A stretch of DNA of 64,000 bases from Prochlorococcus sp. AG-355-B18 (GTDB lineage Bacteria; Cyanobacteriota; Cyanobacteriia; PCC-6307; Cyanobiaceae): the NCBI GenBank assembly GCA_003280965.1, contig QCDI01000004.1, positions 68,178 through 132,177 of the forward strand, given 5' to 3'. The translations under genes and the position numbers were made by a program. The first letter of the stretch is position 1, and each line of letters begins with the position of its first letter. Positions 11,686-24,797 of the stretch are shown here, one piece after another. The notes beneath the pieces are model-generated. The model did not search any database, was not told the DNA's origin, and saw only the letters and a list, made by a program, of their open reading frames with translations.

Positions 11686-12342
11686 TTAAATCCAATTTGA
11701 AAATAAATTTAATAATCCAAGGGAAACTAAAAATATCCCACTTAAAGTAGGAATTATTTGACTAAATTTTCTGAGCTCTAAAAATTTTTTTAAGTTTTCT
11801 GCTGTAGCTCCAGCAATGATTAGAGGAATTACTTGGCCAACTCCAAAGAAAAATAAAAAAATAATTGAGATTGTAGGGTTTTTAGCTTGCGATACCCAAG
11901 CTAAAAGGGTTGCTAGTACTGGAGTAATGCAAGGTGAAGAGGCTAGTCCAAAGGCAGACCCTATTGCAAAAGGTGCTAAAAAGGATGGTATTTTATCTTC
12001 AATTATTTTTAAATCAGGTCCATTCGGGAATTGAAACTTTAGAATTCCTAATAAATTTAAACCCATAATAATTGCTATCAAGGCAACTACCGAGGTGTAA
12101 TAAGTTGGTATTTGCCCGTAGATTTTCCCTAATAATCCACTAGCAGCACCCAATGCGACGAGTGAAAAAACTACTCCTCCTGAAAAACTAATAAGTTTAA
12201 ATTTATTTTTGTCTGTTCCACCTATATAAGCAATTGTGATTGGTAGTAATGATATCGAGCATGGCCCCAGACTAGTTAAAAGTCCTGCCATGAAAACCAA
12301 AAATATAGTAAATGGGCCTGGATTATTAAGACCATTTTCCAT
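11686..12342 (-). CDS. ccdA: Cytochrome c biogenesis protein CcdA (DsbD transmembrane domain)
   Basis: LTSLGPC and SPCITPVL paired cysteines in a hydrophobic protein; start uncertain. Confidence 0.92.
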   Translation of the reverse strand: MENGLNNPGPFTIFLVFMAGLLTSLGPCSISLLPITIAYIGGTDKNKFKLISFSGGVVFSLVALGAASGLLGKIYGQIPTYYTSVVALIAIIMGLNLLGILKFQFPNGPDLKIIEDKIPSFLAPFAIGSAFGLASSPCITPVLATLLAWVSQAKNPTISIIFLFFFGVGQVIPLIIAGATAENLKKFLELRKFSQIIPTLSGIFLVSLGLLNLFSNWI

Positions 12343-12424
12343 AAGCAGATTACCATTTTGAGATAATTCTGAAATAACTAAATTAAATGATTCGATAGCT
12401 TAACTTAAATCCTCTAAATTCTAA

Positions 12425-13660
12425 CTAATTAAGCGTCTTCCGTGTATAAATCATACCTATGAACCCTGTTGATTCTAATGAACATCTCAGTAACATTCCT
12501 GCAATAAAAAAAGATGCTAATAATGAATTTCCGCCATAACTGATAAAAGGTAGTGGTAAGCCTGTAGTAGGAATTGAACCTGTTGTTACAGCAATATGCA
12601 TTATTGATTGACCTGTTAATAATACGCCACATCCAATAGCAACCAACTTTGTATAATTATTCCTGCACTTAAGAGCAATTCTGAGGCTTATATAAGAAAA
12701 AATTGCTAAAAATCCTAAGAAAAGGGAACATCCTAACAAACCAAATTCTTCTGCAAAGATGGCAAAAATAAAATCTGTATACATAAATGGTAGGTACTGT
12801 AATTTTTGTATAGAAAGCCCAAAACCTTGCCCGAATAGACCGCCTGAACCAATGGCTAATAGACTCTGAACCAATTGAAATCCACTTTCTTGTTGATCTT
12901 TCCAAGGATTAATAAATGAAGTAACCCTAAGTTTTTGATATTCGTTAATAAGGATACTAAAACAACCAGTTATGAATCCTAATGAGGCAAATGAGCAAAG
13001 AGTGCTAAGTTGTACTCCTCCGCATAAACCCAAAACCCAAAAAAGAATTCCAGTTAATGATGCAGTACTTAAATTAGGCTGTTTTAGTATTAATAAAATT
13101 AATAAACCAAAAGACATAATTGAAATTAATTTTTTATCATTCTTTATCAGATTCCAATGAGCGAAAAGATTAGAAGCTTCTAAAATTAAAAAAGGTTTAA
13201 TTAATTCAGATGGTTGCAGACGTAAATTTCCTAGCACTAGCCATCTTGAAGATCCATTTACTGTAATTCCAGTAATATTAGTCAGAAAAATTAAAAAGAA
13301 TAAAATATAAAAAATAATCCTTGAAAACTTTAAAAGATTTCTAATGTTTGTATTAAGAGTGAAATAAAATAAACCAATCCCTGGAATTGTCCAAATAATT
13401 TGTTTTTTTAAAAAGTAAGCCCAATTTCCCATTTCTCTACTGGCTACCCACCAACTTGACGATCCTAGAATGAGGATGCCGAATATTGACCATATTCCTA
13501 CGAGGATAAGGAGGATTTTAGCTTCATAAGGCCATACCATCCAAGGTAGGGGAAAGATAGACTCTGTTAAATTGCTTAAATTTTTTTTGTAATTAGAACT
13601 AAAGGGTTTTTTTCTTTTAGAAATTCTTTTATATTTTATTGTTTCTTGACTTATCTCCAA
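12425..13660 (-). CDS. ftsW: SEDS-family peptidoglycan polymerase FtsW/RodA
   Basis: NGSSRWL, QPSELIK, TDFIFAIFAEEFG and PTTGLPLPFISYGGNS motifs. Confidence 0.9.
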   Translation of the reverse strand: MEISQETIKYKRISKRKKPFSSNYKKNLSNLTESIFPLPWMVWPYEAKILLILVGIWSIFGILILGSSSWWVASREMGNWAYFLKKQIIWTIPGIGLFYFTLNTNIRNLLKFSRIIFYILFFLIFLTNITGITVNGSSRWLVLGNLRLQPSELIKPFLILEASNLFAHWNLIKNDKKLISIMSFGLLILLILKQPNLSTASLTGILFWVLGLCGGVQLSTLCSFASLGFITGCFSILINEYQKLRVTSFINPWKDQQESGFQLVQSLLAIGSGGLFGQGFGLSIQKLQYLPFMYTDFIFAIFAEEFGLLGCSLFLGFLAIFSYISLRIALKCRNNYTKLVAIGCGVLLTGQSIMHIAVTTGSIPTTGLPLPFISYGGNSLLASFFIAGMLLRCSLESTGFIGMIYTRKTLN

Positions 13661-13925
13661 TTTTTTAAATGTATATGTACTATTGAGACGTTTAATTGAG
13701 ATTTTGCCAAGTCTTTTATTAACGTTTTAAAGTGTTAAAGCAATAAAAAGATGACTTTTCATAAATTTTATTTTTGAAGAATAAAGTAGAAAAAGGTCTA
13801 CAGATTAATCATAAATCTTAAGAATTAATTTTTTATAAAAAAAAACTAGCTAAAAGGCACCTCTCCGTGATAGATTCCGTGAGTTTATATACTTACTTAA
13901 AACCATTCAGAGAGGTTTCTAAACT

Positions 13926-14402
13926 ATGTTCACATCAGTGGACTCAAATAGAAAAAAACTTGAGCATCTTTCTAATGAGAATGCTGAATTTCCTCAATCC
14001 CTGAATAATTCGATCATCAAAGAAAGTAAATCTGGCATTGCCAATCAAATAGATAATTTGCTTTCTCAAAATGATGAATATACAAAATTGCAATTAACAA
14101 TTTTTGGAATTACTTTTATTGTTTCTATTTTTATAGCTTCAATAACTGGAATTTTTCTAGGATTTACTTTTGGTTTTAGTATTTTTATAGGTGCAATTGC
14201 CGGTATTTTTTACCTACGTTTGCTTGCCAAAAGTATAGGGAAACTTGGTAAAGAATCATCAGGTGTATCAAAATTGCAACTATTAGTCCCAGTTTGCCTC
14301 TTTATTTTTGCGAGCAAGCTAGGATCTTTAGATATTTTTCCTGCGATGATAGGTTTTTTCATTTACAAGCCTTCTCTCATTCTTTATTTTTCACGTTCTT
14401 AA
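13926..14402 (+). CDS. atp1: ATP synthase protein I (Atp1/UncI)
   Basis: Hydrophobic first gene of the atp operon ([13 protein letters not shown]); start uncertain. Confidence 0.85.
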   Translation: MFTSVDSNRKKLEHLSNENAEFPQSLNNSIIKESKSGIANQIDNLLSQNDEYTKLQLTIFGITFIVSIFIASITGIFLGFTFGFSIFIGAIAGIFYLRLLAKSIGKLGKESSGVSKLQLLVPVCLFIFASKLGSLDIFPAMIGFFIYKPSLILYFSRS

Positions 14403-14425
14403 GTAAATTTTTTTATTCAAAACAA

Positions 14426-15151
14426 ATGTTTTTTAATTCCTTGCTAACAAATTTTGCAGCATTAGAAGTTGGTCAACATCTTTATTGGCAAATTGGAAAT
14501 ATCAGACTTCATGGGCAGGTATTTTTAACATCTTGGATTTTATTAGGAGCGTTATTAGTTTTTATTTCTTTAGGAACTAAAAAAATGGAAAATGATCCAA
14601 AAGGCCTTCAAAACTTGCTTGAATTCCTCTGGGATTACATAAGAGATCTTGCTAGGACGCAAATAGGTGAAAAAGTATATAGAGATTGGATGCCATTTAT
14701 AGGTACTTTATTTTTATTCGTCTTTGTTAGTAATTGGGGGGGAGCTTTAATTCCTTGGAGATTGATTAAGTTACCAAGTGGAGAATTAGGAGCACCTACT
14801 GCAGATATCAACACAACTATAGCCTTGGCGTTATTGGTTTCACTCTCTTATTTCTATGCAGGTTTAAGCAATAAGGGTTGGAGATACTTCGAATATTATG
14901 TTCACCCAACTCCTATTATGCTTCCTTTCAAAATTTTAGAGGACTTTACGAAACCTTTATCACTCTCTTTCAGGCTATTTGGAAATATTTTGGCTGATGA
15001 GCTTGTTGTTGGTGTTTTAGTCTTTTTAGTTCCGCTAATTCTCCCAATACCTGTTATGTTCCTAGGATTATTTACTAGTGCAATTCAGGCATTGATTTTC
15101 GCAACTTTAGCGGCCTACTACATTGGAGAAGCTGTTGAAGAACATCATTAG
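14426..15151 (+). CDS. atpB: ATP synthase F0 subunit a (cyanobacterial atpI)
   Basis: [16 protein letters not shown] and LSFRLFGNI motifs; start moved to ATG 14426. Confidence 0.97.
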   Translation: MFFNSLLTNFAALEVGQHLYWQIGNIRLHGQVFLTSWILLGALLVFISLGTKKMENDPKGLQNLLEFLWDYIRDLARTQIGEKVYRDWMPFIGTLFLFVFVSNWGGALIPWRLIKLPSGELGAPTADINTTIALALLVSLSYFYAGLSNKGWRYFEYYVHPTPIMLPFKILEDFTKPLSLSFRLFGNILADELVVGVLVFLVPLILPIPVMFLGLFTSAIQALIFATLAAYYIGEAVEEHH

Positions 15152-15159
15152 CTGTCTTC

Positions 15160-15561
<402 letters not shown>

Positions 15562-15629
15562 AAGTTAATATTGCTTCTAATCCTTATTAGCAGTATTTCA
15601 ATTTAATTTTTTAACTTCAATTGAATCAT

Positions 15630-16091
15630 ATGTTGGCTCTTAATTTTTTTGGTGCTACAGAAGGTGGATTATTTGATATAAATGCCACTTTGCCATTAAT
15701 GGCGATACAAGTAGTTGCGCTTACTTACATATTAAATTCTCTCTTTTTTAAGCCAGTAGGCAATGTTGTAGAAAAAAGAGAAAAGTTTGTAAGTAATAAT
15801 ATTATTGAGGCCAAAAATAAACTTTCTGAGGTTAAAAAATTAGAAGCTGAATTATTAACTCAGCTTCAAGGTGCTCGTACAGAAGCCCAAAGAATTGTGA
15901 GCGAAGCTGAGGATGAGTCTGACAAGCTTTATAAGGAAGCACTAGAACTTGCTAACAATGAAGCAAATGCTTCAAAAGAAAAAGCAAGACTAGAAATTGA
16001 AAGTCAGACATCTGCTGCTCGTGATCAACTTTCTAAACAGGCTGATGATCTAAGCGAACTTATTGTTAATAGATTGATTCTAGAAAAATGA
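15630..16091 (+). CDS. ATP synthase F0 subunit b'
   Basis: [14 protein letters not shown] followed by a coiled coil; operon position. Start at ATG 15630. Confidence 0.95.
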   Translation: MLALNFFGATEGGLFDINATLPLMAIQVVALTYILNSLFFKPVGNVVEKREKFVSNNIIEAKNKLSEVKKLEAELLTQLQGARTEAQRIVSEAEDESDKLYKEALELANNEANASKEKARLEIESQTSAARDQLSKQADDLSELIVNRLILEK

Positions 16092-16600
16092 ATTTAACTC
16101 TTTTAGCTACAGAAGGTTTTGGATTGAATTTCAATTTATTCGAAACTAATATCCTTAATTGGGCTGTAGTAGTTTTCGGTCTTTATAAATTTTTGCCTGG
16201 TTTCCTGGGTAAAATGCTTCAAAAAAGGAGAGAAGGAATCCTTCTTGAATTAAAAGATGCTGAAGATCGACTCCTAAATGCAACTCAAGCTTTAGAAAAG
16301 GCAAAGAAAGATTTATCTTCAGCAGAAGAAAAAGCTTCTCAAATAAAAGCAGATTCCCTTAAAAGATCTGAATCAATAAGAATGGAAAGTGAGAAAAAAG
16401 CGATAGAGGAGATGGCACGAATTAAACAAAGTGCAATCTCTGATGAGAGCTCTGAAGCATCCAGAGCAATTTCTCAACTTCGAAAAGAAGCTGTTGAACT
16501 GGCCATTAAGAAAGCCTTAGATTCTCTACCAAATCGACTTGATAAAAAAACACAAGAAAATTTGGTAACTCAATCAATTAATAATATTGAGGTGAACTAA
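16088..16600 (+). CDS. atpF: ATP synthase F0 subunit b
   Basis: [14 protein letters not shown] followed by a coiled coil. Confidence 0.96.
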   Translation: MNLTLLATEGFGLNFNLFETNILNWAVVVFGLYKFLPGFLGKMLQKRREGILLELKDAEDRLLNATQALEKAKKDLSSAEEKASQIKADSLKRSESIRMESEKKAIEEMARIKQSAISDESSEASRAISQLRKEAVELAIKKALDSLPNRLDKKTQENLVTQSINNIEVN

Positions 16601-17142
16601 TGCCACTTTTAAATTCAGTTACTACACCATACGCAGAGGCATTACTTCAAGTTGTGAATGAAAATTCGCAAACTGAGGAGATGGTTTCTGAGGTTAAACA
16701 ACTCTTGGAATTAATCAATGATTCCCCTGAATTGGAGAAGGCACTATCCTCTCCTATTTTAGAGACAGATGCTAAGAAGAAAATCATCATTGAAATTTTT
16801 TCAAATAAGGTTAATTCTTCTTTACTAAATTTCTTAAAATTATTGGCCGATAGGCAAAGAATTGGAATCCTTACTTCAATTCTTGATAGGTTTTTAGAGA
16901 TTTACCGAGAAAATAGTAATATTGCTTTGGCAACTGTTACTTCTGCAGTCGAGCTTACTGATGAACAGAAAGGTTTAATTACCAAAAAGATCATCAATAT
17001 TGCTGGAACAGAAAAATTAGAACTTGTAACTAAAATTGACCCATCTCTAATTGGTGGTTTCGTCGCCAGTGTAGGATCAAAAGTAATTGATGCTTCCCTT
17101 GCTTCACAAATTAGAAAACTTGGCATAACTCTTTCCAAGTAA
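16600..17142 (+). CDS. atpH: ATP synthase F1 delta subunit
   Basis: PYAEAL, DPSLIGGF and IDASL motifs. Confidence 0.96.
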   Translation: MPLLNSVTTPYAEALLQVVNENSQTEEMVSEVKQLLELINDSPELEKALSSPILETDAKKKIIIEIFSNKVNSSLLNFLKLLADRQRIGILTSILDRFLEIYRENSNIALATVTSAVELTDEQKGLITKKIINIAGTEKLELVTKIDPSLIGGFVASVGSKVIDASLASQIRKLGITLSK

Positions 17143-17160
17143 CTTTTAAATCAACCTTAA

Positions 17161-18690
<1,530 letters not shown>

Positions 18691-18708
18691 ATTTATTTAG
18701 GAGATACC

Positions 18709-19659
18709 ATGGCAAATCTTAAAGAGATTAGAGATCGAATCGTTTCTGTTAAAAATACAAGAAAAATAACGGAGGCCATGAGACTTGTTGCAGCTGCAAA
18801 AGTTAGGAGAGCTCAAGATCAAGTTCTTAAGAGTCGACCTTTTGCAGATAAACTTGCACGGGTCTTAGAAAATATTCAATCTAGAGTACAATTTGATGCT
18901 GTAGATTCTCCTCTATTATCCAATAGAGAAGTAAAGAGCATCAGCTTGGTTTGCATAACTGCCGATAGAGGTTTATGCGGTGGTTACAACACAAATATAA
19001 TAAAAAAGGTAGAAATAAGATACGCAGAATTAGTCAAACAAGGGTATCAGCCAAATTTAATTTTGGTAGGGAAGAAAGCTATTGGATATTTTCAAAATAG
19101 AAAGGACAGATATGTAATTAAAAGTACTTTCAAAGAACTAGAACAGGTACCCACAGTCAAGGACTCAGAAGGAGTTACAAATGAAATTTTAGCTGAATTT
19201 CTTTCGGAAAATTCTGATAGGGTGGAAATTATTTACACGAAATTCATCACTCTAGTTAGCTGCGCCCCTGTAGTTCAAACACTACTGCCACTTGACCCTC
19301 AAGGAATTGCTGAGGAAAACGATGAAATTTTTAGGTTGACTACAAAAGATAGTAAGTTACGTGTTGAAAAATCAAATATTGAAAAAAGTGATTCAGAGAA
19401 GTTGCCATCAGATATTGTTTTTGAACAAAGTCCTGATCAACTATTAGATTCGCTATTACCCTTATATCTACAGAATCAGGTACTAAGAGCTCTTCAAGAG
19501 TCCGCAGCTTCAGAACTTGCCTGTAGGATGACGGCGATGAATAATGCTAGTGATAATGCTAAAGAATTAGCAAGTACTTTGAATCTAACCTATAACAAAG
19601 CCAGACAAGCAGCTATTACTCAAGAAATTTTAGAAGTTGTAGGAGGTTCAGCAGTTTAG
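18709..19659 (+). CDS. atpG: ATP synthase F1 gamma subunit (cyanobacterial atpC)
   Basis: DRGLCGGYN and ARQAAITQEILEVVGG motifs. Confidence 0.98.
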   Translation: MANLKEIRDRIVSVKNTRKITEAMRLVAAAKVRRAQDQVLKSRPFADKLARVLENIQSRVQFDAVDSPLLSNREVKSISLVCITADRGLCGGYNTNIIKKVEIRYAELVKQGYQPNLILVGKKAIGYFQNRKDRYVIKSTFKELEQVPTVKDSEGVTNEILAEFLSENSDRVEIIYTKFITLVSCAPVVQTLLPLDPQGIAEENDEIFRLTTKDSKLRVEKSNIEKSDSEKLPSDIVFEQSPDQLLDSLLPLYLQNQVLRALQESAASELACRMTAMNNASDNAKELASTLNLTYNKARQAAITQEILEVVGGSAV

Positions 19660-19675
19660 CAAAAAGATTTAGGAT

Positions 19676-20002
19676 ATGCCTGAATACAATATCAAAGTTC
19701 AATTTGAGCAAAAGACTTTTAGTTTTTTATGTTCTGAAGATCAAGATATTATTTCAGCGGCAAAAATGAATGGAATAGACTTACCAAGTAGTTGTTGTTC
19801 AGGAGTTTGTACAGATTGTGCATCCATGATATTGGAAGGATCTGTAGATCAAGAAGATGCTATGGGATTAAATGATGACTTGAGGGAAAAGGGCTTTGCA
19901 CTTTTATGTGTGGCATATCCCAAGTCAGATTTGAATATTGTTATTGGTAAAGAAGTCGAAGATGATTTATATAATGATCAATTTGGTAAATATCAAAAAT
20001 GA
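19676..20002 (+). CDS. Plant-type 2Fe-2S ferredoxin with C-terminal extension (Fed2-like)
   Basis: C-x4-C-x2-C ... LLCVAYP; tail LYNDQFGKYQK. Confidence 0.9.
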   Translation: MPEYNIKVQFEQKTFSFLCSEDQDIISAAKMNGIDLPSSCCSGVCTDCASMILEGSVDQEDAMGLNDDLREKGFALLCVAYPKSDLNIVIGKEVEDDLYNDQFGKYQK

Positions 20003-20190
20003 AATTAAGTTCAGTTGATTATTATTTAGATTGGCCAGTCTCAATAAAATTAAAAAATTTAAGAGAATTTATCATTGCAAATTTAGAAAAAAAAGGTGAT
20101 TTAATTCGATGGTCAATTGTTGATATTCAAAATTCTATTGACTCTTTTGGAACAAAAAAACTTAAAATTAAAGCTGTCTTAGCTAATTAA
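19999..20190 (+). CDS. Hypothetical protein
   Basis: ORF overlaps the ferredoxin stop (ATGA) and contains an IRWSI segment. Confidence 0.7.
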   Translation: MKLSSVDYYLDWPVSIKLKNLREFIIANLEKKGDLIRWSIVDIQNSIDSFGTKKLKIKAVLAN

Positions 20191-20217
20191 AAAATATAAA
20201 TTTAAATATTTTTAATA

Positions 20218-21276
20218 ATGGAAAATTCACCAACAATATTCATTGTTCCAACTGGTATTGGTTGTCAAGTAGGAGGTTTCGCTGGGGATGCACTTCCTAC
20301 CGCTAAACTATTAGCATCGGCAAGTGAATGTTTAATTACTCATCCAAATGTTATGAATGGCGGTACTCTTTCTGAAAAAGATAAAAATATTTTTTATGTT
20401 GAGGGTTATAGTTTAGACCGACTTGCTAAAGGAGAAATCGCTTTAAAAAGGGTAAAGCAACAGAAAATTGGGATAATTTTTGATTCAGCCATTGAAAAAG
20501 AAATATTAGTGAGACATTTACAAGTTGCTGATGCATGTGTTTCAACTTTAGGGATTAATGTTCATTCTTATGTGATCACAAAAAAGCCATTAAACATAGT
20601 TATTGATTCTGATTCTTCAAAAATCAGTGATGGCATAATTGAAAATCCTGATTCTCTAATTGATGCTGGAAAATGTTTAATAGAAAAAGGAGTTACGGCA
20701 ATAGCAATTGTGGCAAAATTTCCAGATTTTTCAGATTCTCTAGAAACAAATATCTATCGAGAAGGGAAAGGGGTTGATCCTATTTCTGGAGTCGAAGCAG
20801 TCATAAGTCATTTAATTAGCAAATTTTTAAAAGTGCCCTGTGCTCACGCACCTGCTTTAAATCCAATTGAATTGAATGAAAATTTAGATCCTCGTGCAGC
20901 TGCAGAAGAAATAGGATTTACCTTTTTACCCTCAGTACTGATTGGGTTAAGCAATGCACCTGACATTGTTGAATTGCCCGCTAAAAATGAATTAATCTCA
21001 CTACACCCAGATCAGATTGAATCTATTGTTGTTCCTAATGGGGCACTAGGGGGAGAAGCAGTACTAGCAGGGATTGAAAAAGGGTTAAATATTATCTCTG
21101 TAAAAAATCAAAATACATTAAAAGTGACAAATGAGTTTTATGATTATCCTAATCTTCTTGAAGTGGATAATTATTTAGAAGCTGCAGGCATAATTCTTGC
21201 TATTAAAAAAGGAATCAACCTTGATTCAGTTAAACGGCCTTTAAAAAAAATACAACAGTGTTCTTATAGTGATTAA
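20218..21276 (+). CDS. DUF3326-family protein
   Basis: IVPTGIGCxVGGFAGDALP, ITHPNVMNG and AAAEEIGFTFLP motifs. Confidence 0.85.
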   Translation: MENSPTIFIVPTGIGCQVGGFAGDALPTAKLLASASECLITHPNVMNGGTLSEKDKNIFYVEGYSLDRLAKGEIALKRVKQQKIGIIFDSAIEKEILVRHLQVADACVSTLGINVHSYVITKKPLNIVIDSDSSKISDGIIENPDSLIDAGKCLIEKGVTAIAIVAKFPDFSDSLETNIYREGKGVDPISGVEAVISHLISKFLKVPCAHAPALNPIELNENLDPRAAAEEIGFTFLPSVLIGLSNAPDIVELPAKNELISLHPDQIESIVVPNGALGGEAVLAGIEKGLNIISVKNQNTLKVTNEFYDYPNLLEVDNYLEAAGIILAIKKGINLDSVKRPLKKIQQCSYSD

Positions 21277-22970
21277 TAAGATATTGCTATAGGAACTCTC
21301 CAGTCACTTCCTAATGATTGACTGCTTAGTTTTAGGATTGGAGGAGCCTGCTTTCTTTTAAATTCCGCTTTTTTTATAAGTGATAATATTTTTAAAATTA
21401 AATCTTTTTTATAACCATCTTCTTCTAGTTGTAATAAATCTTTTTTCTCTTCAATAATTCCTTTAAGAATATTATCTAGAATTGAATAGGGTGGGAGAGA
21501 ATCAGTATCTAATTGATCAGGACCTAATTCGGCACTTGGAGCTTTCGTCAGTATATTTTCTCCAATTAAATCTACACTTGTATCTAACATATATGATTTT
21601 CTATGATTAATTGAATCTTCGCTATCAAGCCAATTGCATAATTTAAAAACATTAGTTTTATATAAATCCCCAATTACCGATAATCCCCCATTCATATCAC
21701 CATAAAGTGTGCAATATCCTACAGCTAGCTCTGATTTATTTCCTGTTGAAAGTAATAAATGCTTTTCTTGATTTGCTAAAGCCATCAGAAGCGTTCCTCT
21801 GATTCTTGATTGAATATTTTGATTTGTTATCTCAGCCATCTCGAAAGATATGGTATTTATAAAAGATTCTTCAAAAGAGCTCATCAAATTTTCAATTGGG
21901 ATGCTATTGAAATTTATTTTTAATCTGCTCGCTAAATCTTTCGCATCACTTTTTGAATGGGGGGAGCTCCATTTGGAGGGCATAGAGACACAATAAATAT
22001 TTTTGCTACCAAGAGCTGCCGTCGCAATCGCTGATACAAGTGCTGAATCAATACCACCACTTAGTCCAATTAAAGCTGTTTTAAAACCGCATTTTTGAGC
22101 ATAATCTTTAACACCAAGGACTAATGCATCAAAAATTGATGACATCTCAGACTTCTCAAATTTATTTTTTTGAGGTTTTGTTTTCTTAATGTCCCAACTG
22201 GAGAAGTCTTCTGAAAAAGATTTTAATTGTTTAATTTTAGATCCATTCTTATCAAGAATAAAACTATTTCCATCAAAAATTAAATTATCATTTGCTCCAA
22301 TCTGGTTTACATATATCAGCGGTACTTGAAGATATTGAGCAGCAAAACTGGAAACTTTGGATCTTAGCTCTAACTTTTTAAAGGTATATGGGGAGGCCGA
22401 TAAGTTCACTAAAATATCAACTTTTTTTTTCTTTAACTCAAAAATAGGATTCTCTTTATGAATTCCTCTCCCTTCTATATTTTTGTTGACCCATAAATCC
22501 TCACATATAGTAAAGCCAAGTCGCCAAGTTTTATTATTAATTTCTTTTGTTAATACGGAAACTTTTTCTTCTGATCTAAAGTATCTTTTCTCATCAAATA
22601 CTTCATAGGTGGGAAGAATAATTTTACGAGCAATTATTTTCCACTCACCGTGCTCAAGCAATGCAACAGAATTATAAAGATTTGGGAAAAAAGAATCATT
22701 TATTATCTCAGCTATCCCTACTGTGATACTCAAGTTTCCATGTTTTTTATAAATATCTAAGGCTAATTGGTCAAGAATTTGATATTGATTTTTGATTAAA
22801 TTTTTTTTAAGAAGTAGGTCGTTTGCTGGATATCCCCATAGTGATAATTCTGGAGTAAGAACTAAATCAGCAGAATTTGAGCTAGCTTTCGAAGCAGTAC
22901 AAAGAATTTTTTTTGCATTACCCTCTAAATCACCAACAACTGGATTAATTTGAGCAAGTAAAAACTTCAT
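21273..22970 (-). CDS. nadE: Glutamine-dependent NAD+ synthetase
   Basis: Nitrilase domain (TPEL, ICED) plus SGGIDS and TGNKSE...GYCTLYGD motifs. Confidence 0.96.
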   Translation of the reverse strand: MKFLLAQINPVVGDLEGNAKKILCTASKASSNSADLVLTPELSLWGYPANDLLLKKNLIKNQYQILDQLALDIYKKHGNLSITVGIAEIINDSFFPNLYNSVALLEHGEWKIIARKIILPTYEVFDEKRYFRSEEKVSVLTKEINNKTWRLGFTICEDLWVNKNIEGRGIHKENPIFELKKKKVDILVNLSASPYTFKKLELRSKVSSFAAQYLQVPLIYVNQIGANDNLIFDGNSFILDKNGSKIKQLKSFSEDFSSWDIKKTKPQKNKFEKSEMSSIFDALVLGVKDYAQKCGFKTALIGLSGGIDSALVSAIATAALGSKNIYCVSMPSKWSSPHSKSDAKDLASRLKINFNSIPIENLMSSFEESFINTISFEMAEITNQNIQSRIRGTLLMALANQEKHLLLSTGNKSELAVGYCTLYGDMNGGLSVIGDLYKTNVFKLCNWLDSEDSINHRKSYMLDTSVDLIGENILTKAPSAELGPDQLDTDSLPPYSILDNILKGIIEEKKDLLQLEEDGYKKDLILKILSLIKKAEFKRKQAPPILKLSSQSLGSDWRVPIAISY

Positions 22971-23545
22971 TCAACTAATTTAGTGGATTCATATAAATTA
23001 TTCTTTTTAACAATATCTATTAATGAAGTTGGTAAATTAGAATAATTAAAATTTGATCTGAGCTTAGAACTTGAAATGTTTGGGACTTTTATGGTTGAAA
23101 TCTTAAATTTCACTTTATAAGTTTCTAACATTTTAAGAGTATTTGATTCTATAGGATATCCCTCTCTTAAAATTACTAAAAAACTAACCTCATTAGTAAT
23201 TTTATCAAAATTTTTCCAGTAGAAAATATCTTTAATTAAATCGCTCCCAATTACAAAATCTAAATTATTTAATTCATAAATTCTTTTACATTTTTTAATT
23301 GACTCTACTGCCCACTGGCTACTAACACTTTGATTAAATAAAATTTTAGGATTATCTAAACCATCAATTAAAGTTTTTAACAAATGGCTACGAATTGAGA
23401 TATCCTCTTTGTGTTTTTTGTTGGGGTTGTTACTGACATAACCAATTGTAAAAGCATATATTTTGGATAATTCTTCAAGTATTTTTAAATGTCCAATGGT
23501 AGGTGGATCTGCACTGGTACCAAATAATGCAATGCTTTTTCCCAT
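22967..23545 (-). CDS. nadD: Nicotinate-nucleotide adenylyltransferase
   Basis: FGTSADPPTIGH, FVIGSD and ISSS motifs; adjacent to nadE. Confidence 0.93.
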   Translation of the reverse strand: MGKSIALFGTSADPPTIGHLKILEELSKIYAFTIGYVSNNPNKKHKEDISIRSHLLKTLIDGLDNPKILFNQSVSSQWAVESIKKCKRIYELNNLDFVIGSDLIKDIFYWKNFDKITNEVSFLVILREGYPIESNTLKMLETYKVKFKISTIKVPNISSSKLRSNFNYSNLPTSLIDIVKKNNLYESTKLVE

Positions 23546-23552
23546 TTAAGTT

Positions 23553-24794
23553 TTAAGGCAGAATTCTAACAAAATTATTATTTAAATTTCTATTTGAAAA
23601 ATAAATATTTATGTGGTTAAAAATATCTGGGTCATTAAAAGTCATATTTTTGATAATAATAGCGGGTTCTATAAAAGAAGCTTTGCTTCTTGTAAATATC
23701 TCTTTTGCTGCTAATTTCCCCAGGATTTTTGTAGAATGCACTGCGATTGCTGCTTGAATAATTGCTATGGGTCCATAGGGTAATAATGAGAGCCCATTAG
23801 TGAAAGGTGCCGATAATAAAATTACTTTCTTAATAAGGTTTAAAGAGGTATTGACGCCGATTTGAGTAACTCCCAAGTAAAAATTATTAATGGATATATT
23901 TTTAAATAGTTTTCTTGTAGATTCACCTTTCAATGTTAAGCCGTAAATCTTACTTAATTCGCTAATCAATGCAGTATCAAGTACGAAACTACCAGCAACA
24001 TCAAATAAAATAAAAGGATTAAGAGCTACTGCGGATGCCTTTATAGTCGAAAATTTACCAATAGTTGATTGAGCTAATTTCTGCCTTCTTTTCAGTCTTT
24101 GCTCTTTTATCTGCAAAAACAATTTGTCAGCTAGTTGAATTGAATTAAGTGTTAAAAATATCTCACCATATTGATTTATTATTTTTGTTAGATAATTTTT
24201 AAGATTTATTCCATTGTTTAGAATTATTGGAATATTTAAGTCTTTTGGAAGCTTAGATTTGATATTTTCCTTAATTTCTTTTAAGTCATTTTTATTAAAA
24301 AGATCGATTTTATTCAAAATTATTATTATTTTTTTCCCATCTTTAATTAAAGAGCTGATTTTGTTTAATTCATTTCTATTTATATCTCCTGCAACTACAA
24401 ATAAGATAAGATCTGAATGATTTATACGAGAGTATATTTTTTCTGGGAATTTAATATTGCAAAAATCAAATCCCGGGGAATCTAGCAACTCTATACTATT
24501 TAGTGTTTGATTTTTTAGGGTCCAAACTTCTGATTGTATTTCTTTTGTAGAGCCGTTTATAATATTCGTTTTAAAAATGTCTTTATCTAATAAAGAATTT
24601 AAAACAGAGGATTTCCCAACTCCTGATTTACCATATGTGCCAATTCTTATTTGTTTTTCTTTGAGCCTAAAAAGTTGTTGATTAAAAGAAATTATTTCTC
24701 TATTAAAAAAACTTTTTTCATAGTTGGTAAGATCTATACTCTCCCACCAATTTTTTAAAAGTAAATAATTTTTATTAATTCTCAACTGTTTCAT
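23553..24794 (-). CDS. Era-like GTP-binding protein with DUF697-like C-terminus
   Basis: GKSGVGKSS, DSPG and NKID motifs; hydrophobic C-terminal domain. Confidence 0.85.
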   Translation of the reverse strand: MKQLRINKNYLLLKNWWESIDLTNYEKSFFNREIISFNQQLFRLKEKQIRIGTYGKSGVGKSSVLNSLLDKDIFKTNIINGSTKEIQSEVWTLKNQTLNSIELLDSPGFDFCNIKFPEKIYSRINHSDLILFVVAGDINRNELNKISSLIKDGKKIIIILNKIDLFNKNDLKEIKENIKSKLPKDLNIPIILNNGINLKNYLTKIINQYGEIFLTLNSIQLADKLFLQIKEQRLKRRQKLAQSTIGKFSTIKASAVALNPFILFDVAGSFVLDTALISELSKIYGLTLKGESTRKLFKNISINNFYLGVTQIGVNTSLNLIKKVILLSAPFTNGLSLLPYGPIAIIQAAIAVHSTKILGKLAAKEIFTRSKASFIEPAIIIKNMTFNDPDIFNHINIYFSNRNLNNNFVRILP

Positions 24795-24797
24795 AAT